From IMG/VR virus record IMGVR_UViG_3300006128_000009: a stretch of 64,000 bases of DNA. One strand, given 5' to 3'. Under the pieces are notes generated by a model, which made no database searches, was not told where the DNA came from, and saw only the letters and a list, made by a program, of their open reading frames with translations. The position numbers and the translations under genes are program-made. Shown here in pieces: positions 1 to 9,784 of this stretch. Source of the DNA: an uncultured virus (IMG/VR IMGVR_UViG_3300006128_000009) (lineage: Duplodnaviria; Heunggongvirae; Uroviricota; Caudoviricetes). Numbering within the stretch: position 1 is the stretch's first letter; the number at the start of each line of letters is the position of its first letter.

Positions 1-215
1 AGATTATTAGCTGATTGTGCATTAAATGTACTATATACAGAAATGTTATTAGCAGATTGATTCTGTAATGTAGTACTAAATCCAAAATTAGAAGAATTTA
101 AATTTACATAGCTATATACACTGTTCCAATTGATGGAATTACCACTAATATCTGAAATTATTCCAGATGCTGATAATGGTCCGTATACTGTTGTTCCACC
201 TAATAATTTTGCCAT
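1..215 (-). CDS. Partial tail-fibre-like structural protein (runs off window edge)
   Basis: ATG at 215 reads MAKLLGGTTVYGPLSASG...NWNSVYSYVN...QSANNISVYSTFNAQSANN; shares a repeat with the 1318-2085 protein; TAAATA 5 nt upstream. Confidence 0.65.
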   Translation of the reverse strand, partial: MAKLLGGTTVYGPLSASGIISDISGNSINWNSVYSYVNLNSSNFGFSTTLQNQSANNISVYSTFNAQSANN

Positions 216-245
216 ATTAATATTTAATAAATTTTTTTACTATTC

Positions 246-1316
246 TTAAGATTTAAAATAAAGAGAATTTAAACAAACAATAATAATACTGTCTGTGGTA
301 ATAATTTTATTAAAATTCACACCCTGTACAGCTGATATTGTTTGATTTAAATCTAAAAAAATATTTTTATCTCCTGAATAACTATTTTTTGGTATTGATA
401 ATATTACAACACCTGATCCTCCATTACCAACTGGTGTTTTATTATCACCTGTATTTAATATAAAAACACCACCGGAACCATCACCCGAATTGTTTCTTGC
501 ATTTTGTGATCCATTAGTTGTAAAATCTCCACCATTAGAAGAACTTATATTAGAACCTCCAAAACCATTGCTATTCAGACCTGCTCCGCCGCCACCAACA
601 GCATATACTATTGAATTACCAGTTATATTTGAAATTATACCGTCTCCACCATTACTGCCGTAGTATTCTATAGAATCTAAACCGCTAGAACCAGCACCGC
701 CACCACCAGCACCCGCTAAAACATTATTATTTGAATTACCACCACTGAAACCTTGTCCTAAAACACCAATTCCACCTGAACTATGTGAACCACCACCACC
801 AGAGCCACCATTTAATGCTGGTGATGTATATGTTGCTCCACCGCCACCACCAATAGCTGAAATAAAAATTGTATTATTATCAGTAATTTCAGAATTACCA
901 CCACTGTTGCCTGATGAATCTGATAAGTTAATCAATGTACCAGAACCACCAGCACCAACAGTTATTGTATATATTGTTCCTGTTTTTGCTGTAAATGTTC
1001 CCTGTAAAACTCCACCTGCTCCACCACCACCACCTGCAACATAACTTCCGCCTGCTCCACCACCACCAACTACTAAATAAGTTATCGGATAACTAATATT
1101 AAAAGAAACTTCATCAAAATAACCAGTAACTAAAATATTTGTTTTTGTTTCTCTTTTTGCTAAACCATTTCCTGCATTATTTATAGTCACCTCGTCGAAT
1201 CCTCCGCTATAGATTCCACTGCGTGATACTTTATTTATTGTGTATGTAACTTCATCGAAATATTGATCTGTAAAAAGAACTCCGTTTGAAGATAGTTTAG
1301 CAACAGTATTTGACAT
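246..1316 (-). CDS. Glycine-rich domain virion/tail-fibre-associated protein
   Basis: YLVVGGGGAGG...GGGGGAGG...YTITVGAGG...GGSGVVILS pattern typical of phage glycine-rich domains. Confidence 0.7.
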   Translation of the reverse strand: MSNTVAKLSSNGVLFTDQYFDEVTYTINKVSRSGIYSGGFDEVTINNAGNGLAKRETKTNILVTGYFDEVSFNISYPITYLVVGGGGAGGSYVAGGGGGAGGVLQGTFTAKTGTIYTITVGAGGSGTLINLSDSSGNSGGNSEITDNNTIFISAIGGGGGATYTSPALNGGSGGGGSHSSGGIGVLGQGFSGGNSNNNVLAGAGGGGAGSSGLDSIEYYGSNGGDGIISNITGNSIVYAVGGGGAGLNSNGFGGSNISSSNGGDFTTNGSQNARNNSGDGSGGVFILNTGDNKTPVGNGGSGVVILSIPKNSYSGDKNIFLDLNQTISAVQGVNFNKIITTDSIIIVCLNSLYFKS

Positions 1317-1317
1317 A

Positions 1318-2085
1318 TCAATTAAATATAGTGTCTAAACTATTGGTTTGTGGATTATAAACTTGATATACTTTCAATACACCGGATGAAAAATAATTTA
1401 ATTCATTCGTAACATTTAAATTATTAGTTGTTATATCATTATTTGATGAAATTAATGAATTAGTAGTTATAATACCTTGCATTAAACCACCTGAAAGTGG
1501 AAGATATGAATTTCTTATTAAAGAAGATGTTCGATTTACGTAACTATATACAGAAGCATTATTTGCAGACTGAGCATTAAATGTATTATATACACTTAAG
1601 TTATTTGCGGATTGAGATTCAAAAAATGATATATTATTCCAATTAGAACTTAATGCATTAACAGTTAAATATGTTACCTGCCAGTTTCCACTAACGTTTG
1701 AAGATATACTAGAATTATACCAATTAGAACTTAAAGAATTAACAGTTAAATAAACATTATTCCATGAATTGTAGTTACTTGTTACTATATTATTAAGTGT
1801 ATTAAATGCACTAATATCAGTTTTTAATAATAATGCACTAATTGCAGCATAAGATAGTGGTTTATTTAAATCAGATGTGTTGTTGACTTGGCCTAATCCA
1901 AGAGAAGTTGGTGTTATGAGAACTACACCGATTTGACCATTTACACTAAAAACCGAACCACCACCTCCTCCTCCACCGCCTCCTCCCGCATTAATATTTA
2001 TTGATTGACTAGAAGATAATTGGTTTACAAAAACACTATTTTGAATTGTGTTTTGATTAATAATAATTTCCTCATTGCAATTCAT
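1318..2085 (-). CDS. Tail-fibre-like protein
   Basis: Poly-Gly hinge then VFSVNGQIGVV...LGLGQVNNTSDLNKPLS fibre motif and S/N-rich W/Y repeats; start moved to MNCNEE just after the upstream stop. Confidence 0.65.
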   Translation of the reverse strand: MNCNEEIIINQNTIQNSVFVNQLSSSQSININAGGGGGGGGGGSVFSVNGQIGVVLITPTSLGLGQVNNTSDLNKPLSYAAISALLLKTDISAFNTLNNIVTSNYNSWNNVYLTVNSLSSNWYNSSISSNVSGNWQVTYLTVNALSSNWNNISFFESQSANNLSVYNTFNAQSANNASVYSYVNRTSSLIRNSYLPLSGGLMQGIITTNSLISSNNDITTNNLNVTNELNYFSSGVLKVYQVYNPQTNSLDTIFN

Positions 2086-2086
2086 T

Positions 2087-2425
2087 TTATGTATAACGAA
2101 CAATAGGCCACTTGCCAGTTAAAAACGTATCAACTTCCCCTGAAGGTAATGTGACTCTTAAAGAATAAGAATAATTTGCTGGTGGAACATCAATTATTTG
2201 TGGTGGTATTACAAGTTGACCTGAAGAAGAAGGATCTAAAATCATTATAGATCCATCTTTAGTATTTAAATCAATAACCGTAGGTGCATCAATTTGATAT
2301 TTAACTAAAAATTCTGCGTATGCACCAGTTAAATCAACAGCAGAACCATTTCTATTTATGGTTATATCACTGATGCCCACCCATGTATCACCAGCAATAT
2401 GTTGAGGTATGTCGTATGTCATCAT
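2087..2425 (-). CDS. Small Ig-like/BppU N-terminal-like structural protein
   Basis: GDTW...AVDLTGA...YSYSLRVT...TFLTG pattern; TAAGTA motif upstream. Confidence 0.5.
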   Translation of the reverse strand: MMTYDIPQHIAGDTWVGISDITINRNGSAVDLTGAYAEFLVKYQIDAPTVIDLNTKDGSIMILDPSSSGQLVIPPQIIDVPPANYSYSLRVTLPSGEVDTFLTGKWPIVRYT

Positions 2426-2441
2426 TACATATTACTTACAA

Positions 2442-3173
2442 TTAAAGCCAGTTTAAAATATTAGATGTTTGTAAAATTGAACCATCTTCCGCAGTAATAC
2501 CATCTGAAGTAAAAAACTTCGAATCTATCGTGTAAATTTTCTTTACAATTTGATCCATTTTCTTAAACATCCATCCTTTTATAGTAAATGATGTTGTAGC
2601 TGTTAATCTATAAGGTTGAGTTCCTGTAAGATTATCTGGATATTGTAATGCTATATTACCATTCCACAATACTTCATTTCTAATCTCATATGGAATAGAA
2701 GATGACTTTAAACTAGGTATTTTCCAAGAAATTACAATATACGGATCAAAATATGGTATAAAGTTAGATAAAATTTGATCCATGTCAGATTGATATCTTG
2801 TAACTATTGTCATATCAATAGTAATGTTGATCGGTACTGGTTGTGGTATGGGTTTTAAATAATTTCCTGATCCATCAGTGGATTCAAATTCTACCGAAAA
2901 TCCTTGATTTTTATTAAAAACTCTTGCGTTATCTCTTTGTATTCCTGCTAAATTAATTGCTATAACAGGAACAGTCAACCCACCAGCAGCTGGACTATTT
3001 AAATTGCTAAAAACACGTTGCTTTGGCGAATAAACAAATAAAACTTTATCTCCGCTTAATGGTGGTACTTGATTTTCATTTTTATCATATCGCATGATAA
3101 TAACATCGTTCATAGCTTGAACGAATTGTTCAATAAGCGTTTGAACTTCCCAATTAAACGTATAGTTCTTCAT
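2442..3173 (-). CDS. gp15: Tail terminator / sheath stabiliser (T4 gp15-like)
   Basis: KVLFVYSPKQR and PVPINITIDMTIVTRYQSDMDQILSNFIPYFDP resemble the gp15 core; TSFTIKGWMF near the C-terminus. Confidence 0.8.
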   Translation of the reverse strand: MKNYTFNWEVQTLIEQFVQAMNDVIIMRYDKNENQVPPLSGDKVLFVYSPKQRVFSNLNSPAAGGLTVPVIAINLAGIQRDNARVFNKNQGFSVEFESTDGSGNYLKPIPQPVPINITIDMTIVTRYQSDMDQILSNFIPYFDPYIVISWKIPSLKSSSIPYEIRNEVLWNGNIALQYPDNLTGTQPYRLTATTSFTIKGWMFKKMDQIVKKIYTIDSKFFTSDGITAEDGSILQTSNILNWL

Positions 3174-3183
3174 TTAGAACTAC

Positions 3184-3453
3184 TTATTGTAAATTTATAT
3201 TTTTAAGATCAATTTTATCTTTAATACTTTGCTTAATGTATTCAACATCTAGACATTTTCTGACGCAATTACATACTTCATAAGTGAGATTTTGACTGTC
3301 TCTACCTATATGACCTCTACCAAAACACGATTTACAACTATTAGATGGTTTCTTCAGCAGAGGAAGTTGACCCATATCCATTAATTTTAAATCTGACTCT
3401 GGAATATAATAATATGTTCCAGAAAACGCACTGTATATTAATTTAGTTTCCAT
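3184..3453 (-). CDS. Small Zn-finger protein
   Basis: CKSCFGRG...CNC (CxxCxGxG motif). Confidence 0.6.
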   Translation of the reverse strand: METKLIYSAFSGTYYYIPESDLKLMDMGQLPLLKKPSNSCKSCFGRGHIGRDSQNLTYEVCNCVRKCLDVEYIKQSIKDKIDLKNINLQ

Positions 3454-3796
3454 TTATTGTTAATATTGTATCCCAAAATTTATTTCCTGCAACTTTTGCT
3501 GGATAAATTATTAAATTATTTTCTATTTCAGGTGCATGTTTTGATAATGTTTTTATTCTATAATCAAAATAAACCAAATCGTCATCTTCATGAATTTCAA
3601 TATCAAATGGAATAGGTATTTCTATTTTTTCTTTTTGTTTTTTTGTTGTATCCATTATAAACGTAATATAAAAATTCTTTTGTGAAAAAAGAATCAATTT
3701 GCCTTGTTTATATGTCTTTTTATTTAATTCTAATGTAATATTTTTTTGTAATAAAAACTTACATGCTTTTTCTATAATTGTTCCGTAGATTGTCAT
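3443..3796 (-). CDS. Hypothetical protein
   Basis: 117-aa ORF overlapping its neighbours in an operon. Confidence 0.65.
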   Translation of the reverse strand: MTIYGTIIEKACKFLLQKNITLELNKKTYKQGKLILFSQKNFYITFIMDTTKKQKEKIEIPIPFDIEIHEDDDLVYFDYRIKTLSKHAPEIENNLIIYPAKVAGNKFWDTILTINGN

Positions 3797-4176
3797 TATT
3801 TTTCCATGAATTCTTTTTTAGTTGATGCTGGCATTTTTGAAAGAATTCTATTATAGTAATTCCAAAATCTTGTTATTGGTCTATTGCTTAATGTTGCTAC
3901 AATTATACAAGAATCTACTGGTATGTTTCTCCAATCTTGCATTATTATATCCCAAACAGTTAATAGTCCTTTCGATGCTGCATTATAAGGAGGTCTCTGT
4001 TTTGGTTTTTTAAATCCTAAAAGTTTTTTACCTTGTTCGGTATCAAGAATTGAGAAGTCTAAAGTACAAAGCATTCTTCTAGTAGGAGGAATTCTTAATT
4101 TGTTTCTACGATTGAACTTTAATTCTACCGTATTGGTATCACAAATTAATTTTAATGATCCTACACTAATACCCAT
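3796..4176 (-). CDS. SH3/WYL_2 (DUF2693-like) domain protein
   Basis: VELKFNRR...RRMLCTL...LTVWDI..QDWRNI pattern. Confidence 0.6.
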   Translation of the reverse strand: MGISVGSLKLICDTNTVELKFNRRNKLRIPPTRRMLCTLDFSILDTEQGKKLLGFKKPKQRPPYNAASKGLLTVWDIIMQDWRNIPVDSCIIVATLSNRPITRFWNYYNRILSKMPASTKKEFMEK

Positions 4177-4580
4177 TACTTCTTTTTCTTATTATTAGTT
4201 TCTTCAATTGATTCGCAAACACCAAATATTCTTGATTCATTCAAGAAAACTATATGCTTGAGTCCATTAAAGTTCTGAACCGTAATTCCTTTGTCAGAAG
4301 GATGTACTATGATGTCTCCTTCTTTAACAGTCTTACAATCAGGTCCAGCTAAAATAACTTTAGCCAACCTCCAAGTGAAATTAACAGTATTAATAGGAAC
4401 CCAAATACTTCCTCTTTTAATTTCAGTGCCATCGTCATTAACGTCAACATACTGACACATTAAAATATCGTCTAATACTTTAGTTAATTGCCAACCCTCT
4501 AAGTTGAATTCGTTTCCCACGTATTGATCTAATTGAACTTTACCTGCAATTAAATCTTCTTGTTTTGGTCTCTTTATCAT
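4176..4580 (-). CDS. groES: GroES-like co-chaperonin (gp31 analogue)
   Basis: DDILM...GSIWVP...AKVILAGPDCKTVKEGDII...FLNESRIFG matches the Cpn10 fold. Confidence 0.85.
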   Translation of the reverse strand: MIKRPKQEDLIAGKVQLDQYVGNEFNLEGWQLTKVLDDILMCQYVDVNDDGTEIKRGSIWVPINTVNFTWRLAKVILAGPDCKTVKEGDIIVHPSDKGITVQNFNGLKHIVFLNESRIFGVCESIEETNNKKKK

Positions 4581-4585
4581 AAATT

Positions 4586-4951
4586 TTATTTATTAATTAA
4601 TCCTAAATCTTCAAGAGTCTTCTCATACATTTTGATTTCTCTCTTAGATAGATTCATTGAATTACAGATATTTTCTAAATTATCAATGTTTTCTTCGTCT
4701 TCTTGCGATGACTTTTTAATATAATTAATTTTTTTATTGTTTTTGGGTATTATACAATGAAGAATTTTAGAAGTAATACTCTCATCATCAATATTCCATT
4801 TGTTTGTTGTTGAATTTACAATTTGTGCTATCGGTTTGCTTGTCATTGATAACCATCTGTTAGTCATGAACAAAGAATTTCTTGGAATTTCGGGTTTATT
4901 CTTATCTGTTTTAAGAATCCAGTTCAAATATTTAAAAAATAAGTTGTTCAT
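4586..4951 (-). CDS. Clamp-loader small subunit (gp62-like)
   Basis: FKYLNWI...FMTNRWLSM...N...IPK..KINYIKK...I...NLSKRE pattern and size fit the gp62 family. Confidence 0.6.
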   Translation of the reverse strand: MNNLFFKYLNWILKTDKNKPEIPRNSLFMTNRWLSMTSKPIAQIVNSTTNKWNIDDESITSKILHCIIPKNNKKINYIKKSSQEDEENIDNLENICNSMNLSKREIKMYEKTLEDLGLINK

Positions 4952-5610
4952 TTATATAATTGTTTAAATTTGTTTGCATTAATAGCCCAAGAAGCATCAT
5001 TCAAACTATCACCAAGACCAAAATGAACTACTCTAATTGGAGTAACACCCATTTTAAGCTTGTTTTGATTTGCTCTCAAGCAAAATGTTATGTCGTATAG
5101 ATGAAAATCAAATCTTTCATCGAATTTTACATTATTATCTAATAATTTATTGATATCGACAGCAATAAAAAGGCCATCCATAACCAAAACTCTTGATTCT
5201 GTTGGTCCAAAAACAGTAGTCCATACTTTTTTATCACGACAATGTGCAACTTCTCCGACATGATCTTGTCTATCGCTCATTAAATGCCATGCTGGAGGCT
5301 TAGAAAGATCTATTTTCTTTGCTCCTGCTAATCCCACTATATCATATTTTTCAAAAGCAACATCTAATTTTTCTCTCCAAAATAAATCTTCAATTAAAAC
5401 ATCATCATGTACAAAAATTAAATGTTTGTTTCTATAAATATCACTAATAAAATTGTTATATATACTAGTTAGTCCTTCTTTGTTTTGATAAAAAACAGTA
5501 GAATGATTTTTTAGTCCTTCTTTTTCTAAAAAAATACCAATTTGTGATTTTTTCCAAAAATCTTCCTGATTGTATTGAGTTGCTACTGCAAAATGGTAAG
5601 TATTTGACAT
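4948..5610 (-). CDS. GT-A fold glycosyltransferase (GT2/StrF-like)
   Basis: YNNFI...IFVHDDV...IVGLAG...VMDGLFIAV...FDERFDFHLYDITFC. Confidence 0.8.
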   Translation of the reverse strand: MSNTYHFAVATQYNQEDFWKKSQIGIFLEKEGLKNHSTVFYQNKEGLTSIYNNFISDIYRNKHLIFVHDDVLIEDLFWREKLDVAFEKYDIVGLAGAKKIDLSKPPAWHLMSDRQDHVGEVAHCRDKKVWTTVFGPTESRVLVMDGLFIAVDINKLLDNNVKFDERFDFHLYDITFCLRANQNKLKMGVTPIRVVHFGLGDSLNDASWAINANKFKQLYK

Positions 5611-5640
5611 ATAAAATTGTAAGTAAATATATCCATACTA

Positions 5641-6264
5641 ATGAAAAAGTCCTCAAAAGTCAAATTAAGAAAAGCTTCTAGAAAACAACCAGCTACAACT
5701 GTTCCAGATACTTGTTGCTGCAAAAAGAAGGAAATGAACAGAATTTTAAAAGCTAATATGGCTGCAAGTCCAGAATTGCAAGAGAGTGCTGATTTGCTTT
5801 TTGCTAAAAATTTCGTAATGGCTCTCTTAAAAGAGCAAGATGATGTTAATATTGAAACATCTGAAGAGAATACACCAGCAACTCCTGAAGATTTTACTCC
5901 TGAAAAAAACCAAGAAGATTTTCAGGCATCGATGGAACCAGAAACAAATGCTTCTGAATTTGATATCGAGGGAGTTTCTTCCGATGTAACAATGGAAACA
6001 ATCAAGAAAGTAAAAGATTGGGCTATCAAACTCAATGAATTTGAAAAGTTCTTGAATGATCCAACCGAAAGTTCATTACACAGAATTTTAGCTGACAATG
6101 ATAGAGCAGGAAGTCTTTTAAGAGGTATTACTCGTAAAGCATCTGATTCTATCACTCGTATTGCTGGTGAAATAGCTAAACTTAAAGAAATTCTTAATAC
6201 TTTCGTAAATACCGCTCCTAAGAAATTAAGAGATGTATCTCAGCAGAGTATTACTCCTCAGTAA
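5641..6264 (+). CDS. Hypothetical late protein, acidic middle region
   Basis: 207-aa ORF; TAAGTAAATA upstream. Confidence 0.7.
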   Translation: MKKSSKVKLRKASRKQPATTVPDTCCCKKKEMNRILKANMAASPELQESADLLFAKNFVMALLKEQDDVNIETSEENTPATPEDFTPEKNQEDFQASMEPETNASEFDIEGVSSDVTMETIKKVKDWAIKLNEFEKFLNDPTESSLHRILADNDRAGSLLRGITRKASDSITRIAGEIAKLKEILNTFVNTAPKKLRDVSQQSITPQ

Positions 6265-7233
6265 TTAACGTTCCAAACAGTTTTTTACTATTTTCTGATA
6301 GTCGATCTCATCAAGATCTTCGAATATAGCCCATTCGTTGAAATCTTTGTATCCACAGCCGATATTCCAAGAAAATACTGTTTCGTTTCTTTCTATCAAT
6401 TCTTCTGTTTTTTGTTTAGATGTTGAATCTAAAGATGGATTGTCCAAAACCCATATCCTCTTATGGAAATAAAATTCAGAAAGTTGTTCAGATTGAGTTC
6501 TAGTTAGATTTATACCTGCTACAGCAACTCCGTTTCTAACAAACATAGCATCAATCGGTCCTTCAAATATAAAAATATAAGGAATGTCGAGATCTATTCT
6601 ATCTATACCAAATACGGTTTTATCATATCCAGTTTTTCCTAGATATCTTGGTTCAGTTTTATCTAATGCTCTAGTTTGATAGAAAGCTATCTTTTTATTT
6701 CTATCATAGAAAGGAATACAAAGTCTATTTGCATGCGTAGAATCAGTCAAACTAATAAAAAGATTTGGTGATTTATTAATAGCAGTATGCATTTTTCTTT
6801 GTTTTACATAATCCAAAGCATTTAGAAAATGTTTATTTGTGGAATAATATTTTTGCTGAATTTCATCAAATAAATTAATAGAATCATAAGGAAGAGCAGG
6901 GAGTTCTTTTCTTACAAAATTCGTAGTAATTTTATTTTTAGTAATATCTAATGAATAATCTTCATTAATTAATTCCATTTGAATTTCTTCAAATGTCATA
7001 CCAGATGCTTCTTTAATCCAATTCAAAGCATTCCATGTTCTATTGCAATTAAAACAATGAAACTTATTTGAACTAGTATAATACCAAAGTCTTTTCTTTC
7101 TACCTAAACTCTTGCCTTCTTTGCAAATAGGACAAGCTGCATTATATTGACCTGTTGTTTTTTTAAATTCGGGTTCAATTGCATAGCTCATGAATTTATT
7201 CATGATATATGAAACAGGTAAATCGCTTCTCAT
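6265..7233 (-). CDS. gp61: DNA primase (T4 gp61-like)
   Basis: Zn ribbon CPIC...HCFNC, RLCIPF, TOPRIM FEGPIDAMF...VLDN...KDFNE. Confidence 0.93.
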   Translation of the reverse strand: MRSDLPVSYIMNKFMSYAIEPEFKKTTGQYNAACPICKEGKSLGRKKRLWYYTSSNKFHCFNCNRTWNALNWIKEASGMTFEEIQMELINEDYSLDITKNKITTNFVRKELPALPYDSINLFDEIQQKYYSTNKHFLNALDYVKQRKMHTAINKSPNLFISLTDSTHANRLCIPFYDRNKKIAFYQTRALDKTEPRYLGKTGYDKTVFGIDRIDLDIPYIFIFEGPIDAMFVRNGVAVAGINLTRTQSEQLSEFYFHKRIWVLDNPSLDSTSKQKTEELIERNETVFSWNIGCGYKDFNEWAIFEDLDEIDYQKIVKNCLER

Positions 7234-7243
7234 AATCTTTATT

Positions 7244-7271
7244 ATGATAGCAACTTAAAGGATTAAGTCAA
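7244..7271 (-). promoter_or_regulatory. sigma70-type promoter for primase
   Basis: TTGACT-16 nt-TATCAT with TGC extended -10; ACTTAA/TTAAGT inverted repeat in the spacer. Confidence 0.65.
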
Positions 7272-7273
7272 TA

Positions 7274-7486
7274 TCAATTGTTTGATCTCTCTTCTGACTG
7301 AGAATTAGCAGATCTAAATGTTGGTTCTGAATATTGAGTCGGACCTTGATCTAAATTTGATAAGGCAGATTTTCTTTTTTTGATTTTTTTAATTTTACCG
7401 TGCTTATTTGGTTTTATCTTCTTTAAAGATTTATCTTTATTACCATTTAAAATACTAGCAACAACAAAATCAAATTTTCGACTCAT
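7274..7486 (-). CDS. Small basic late protein (possible capsid-internal protein)
   Basis: MSRKFDFVVASILN start, Lys-rich; TAAGTA 5 nt upstream. Confidence 0.55.
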   Translation of the reverse strand: MSRKFDFVVASILNGNKDKSLKKIKPNKHGKIKKIKKRKSALSNLDQGPTQYSEPTFRSANSQSEERSNN

Positions 7487-7490
7487 TATA

Positions 7491-8174
7491 TTACTTAGCA
7501 CCCATATCTTTTAGAAGGACATCTAAATCATTCTGTGATGCACCAATAACCTCACTCAAAAGACTCTTATCTTCACCGTGTGCTGCACCATTTTCTGCTA
7601 TGTAGAACTCAGTCATCTTGATTCTCTCTTGTTTACTTCCAAATATTTCAATCCAAGCAGGAGAATCCATATATGGGAAAATTCTACCATCATTCTTATT
7701 ATATGAATCACCAAAAACCTTAAAGATCGTATCTATTTCCGTTCTATATTGTTCATCAATTTCTCTAAATCCATCATTTTCGATTGGAATATCTGCCACC
7801 TTTGTTAAGGGAACAAAAAATATAACATCATAAAGCTTTAAAGTTTCTCTGGCTAAAATTCTCTGTTCGTCTACAAATTTATCTGAAAGTTTACCGTTTA
7901 GATTTAACCAACATGAGTAAGCGAGAACATCAAGAACACATCTATCAGTTATGAAAAAATCTTCTTTTGAACCTGTAATAATCTGATCAACCAAAAAGTC
8001 CATAATAACTTTTTGTGTCTCTTCAGTTGCTTCCTTACTATGAGGTAAATTTTTTTCCTTTAAGATTTCCCTATAAGACGTATTTGGTGTCTTATACATG
8101 GGCCACTTCTCAAGAAAGTCTTTAATATAAGTTGTCTTACCGACATTCTGAGATCCAGTTAATGCTATTTTCAT
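7491..8174 (-). CDS. P-loop nucleotide kinase/ATPase (AAA_28/NadR-like)
   Basis: MKIALTGSQNVGKTT, ITDRCVLDVLAY, YDVIFFVP, ENDGFR. Confidence 0.85.
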   Translation of the reverse strand: MKIALTGSQNVGKTTYIKDFLEKWPMYKTPNTSYREILKEKNLPHSKEATEETQKVIMDFLVDQIITGSKEDFFITDRCVLDVLAYSCWLNLNGKLSDKFVDEQRILARETLKLYDVIFFVPLTKVADIPIENDGFREIDEQYRTEIDTIFKVFGDSYNKNDGRIFPYMDSPAWIEIFGSKQERIKMTEFYIAENGAAHGEDKSLLSEVIGASQNDLDVLLKDMGAK

Positions 8175-8177
8175 GAA

Positions 8178-8474
8178 TTAAATTTCGTTGTGATAAATTT
8201 CAGGGAAAGTTTTAATAATACTTTCTGTATGCTCATCATGATATGTAGTATTACTAGTTTCAGTTTTAATAGGAACAATATTAATATTTTCTAAAATGAT
8301 ATCGGGAAACATTTTCCTAATTTTATTGGCTAAATCGAGCATCAATAAACAATTCTCTTTATAGAATTCAGCACAAACATCAACAGATGATGAGAATAAA
8401 AGACTCTCTAAAATAGCTCTAACTTCATCCTTAGAAAGAGATGAAATATTATATGTTTGATTTATTGTTTCCAT
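8178..8474 (-). CDS. Hypothetical protein
   Basis: 98-aa ORF directly downstream of TTGACA-16-TAATAT (8509-8482). Confidence 0.65.
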   Translation of the reverse strand: METINQTYNISSLSKDEVRAILESLLFSSSVDVCAEFYKENCLLMLDLANKIRKMFPDIILENINIVPIKTETSNTTYHDEHTESIIKTFPEIYHNEI

Positions 8475-8513
8475 GTATATAATATTACATGAAAATTAAT
8501 AAATGTCAATTAA

Positions 8514-8918
8514 TTATAATTCAGGATCAGATACGTCTTTTGGTTGATTTTCTCCAGTAGAAGGTTCTGTAATTTTATCTTGCTGCTTCTGTATTTCTTT
8601 ACCTAATTTTACATTTTGTAATTTTTCTGAAACTTTGTTAACGACATCTTCAACATTAGTACCATTGACTGACTTTAATTCTTGTTCTATGCTTATTTTT
8701 ATTTGAGGATCAATATTATTTTTAAAATCCATAACGTTTAGCAAGTTACTTAAAAGTGTAACCAAAGCTGGTTCTGATTCTGGTTTTAAATTACCATCAA
8801 CATCTGGCATGGCTGATGTTTGATTTGGTTGCTCTTGCATTTGCGGTACTTCATTATTTAAATCTTCTTCGTTTAAAAGATTGTTATATTTTTCTAATAA
8901 TTTTAAAAATTTGCTCAT
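8514..8918 (-). CDS. Late protein (possible capsid-internal protein)
   Basis: MSKFLKLLEKYNNLLNEE start; TAAATA 7 nt upstream. Confidence 0.6.
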   Translation of the reverse strand: MSKFLKLLEKYNNLLNEEDLNNEVPQMQEQPNQTSAMPDVDGNLKPESEPALVTLLSNLLNVMDFKNNIDPQIKISIEQELKSVNGTNVEDVVNKVSEKLQNVKLGKEIQKQQDKITEPSTGENQPKDVSDPEL

Positions 8919-8924
8919 ATTCAA

Positions 8925-9176
8925 TTATTTATCCTTTTTTGACATAGAATGCAATTCTTTAATAGCATCTTCAAAAGAAAAAAATTTAACTTCTGTACTA
9001 TTTTGCTCAATTTGTTTTGTTGGATTATCTTTTTTAAATGTTTCAGCTAGTCTTGAAAAAACATCTTTTTCTAATTTTTGTATTGTTGGATCTTTTTCAA
9101 TTGGTGGTAATTGAGATCTTGATAGTCCACTAATTCTTGTGTTAGAAACTTTATTATATGTATTTTCTAAACTCAT
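8925..9176 (-). CDS. Hypothetical protein
   Basis: 83-aa ORF overlapping the endolysin stop. Confidence 0.6.
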   Translation of the reverse strand: MSLENTYNKVSNTRISGLSRSQLPPIEKDPTIQKLEKDVFSRLAETFKKDNPTKQIEQNSTEVKFFSFEDAIKELHSMSKKDK

Positions 9177-9784
9177 GCACAGGACTCCACTAATTTAGCT
9201 TCCGCTTCTCTTCTTTTTATCAATCCATCAAGACCTCTGCCTTCCCATATTCTTTTCATGTTTCTTAACTCCTGTGCTATTCCTAGATAATCTTTATTCG
9301 GTATTAGGTCTCTGATATTACGCATTTCCAAACGACTATCACCTGATAATGAAGATCCTCTATTAAAAACTAAAGAAACAATAGCACCATAAGCATCGTC
9401 ACATAGTTCATCAAGTTTTGGAAAAGTTTTTTCAGCAAGTCTTGCGAACTTTGTCCATATAGAAGCATCAAACATTTTTATGGCTTGTTCCCAACTTATA
9501 TTAATACCACTATTTTTATGTTGTTGGGTATATGCCTTACCAGCTTGTCCTGTTTTACCAGAAGCCCCTTTTACTATTTCAAGTTGATTTTTTGGTAAAA
9601 AATAAAAAAGTTTTTCTAGTTCAGCTGGTGTATAATAACCACAATCAACACCGATACCTAGAGTGAAACCACTAGCTCCGCCGGGCCATTCCGGTCTAGT
9701 TAAATGTTTTTCGTAATATTCTTTCCCTCCACCTACTTCGTATTCAAGAATTAATGCTAATGCTTTCGGTGATGGATTTTTCAT
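9173..9784 (-). CDS. Endolysin, GH24/pesticin-like lysozyme
   Basis: LILEYE...WPGGASGFTLGIGVDCG...AIVSLVFNRG...GLIKRREAEA. Confidence 0.85.
   Translation of the reverse strand: MKNPSPKALALILEYEVGGGKEYYEKHLTRPEWPGGASGFTLGIGVDCGYYTPAELEKLFYFLPKNQLEIVKGASGKTGQAGKAYTQQHKNSGINISWEQAIKMFDASIWTKFARLAEKTFPKLDELCDDAYGAIVSLVFNRGSSLSGDSRLEMRNIRDLIPNKDYLGIAQELRNMKRIWEGRGLDGLIKRREAEAKLVESCA

Noticed and set aside
1957..1989. CCT/CCA/CCG trinucleotide run as a regulatory or phase-variable tract
   Set aside because: It encodes a poly-Gly hinge with mixed codons
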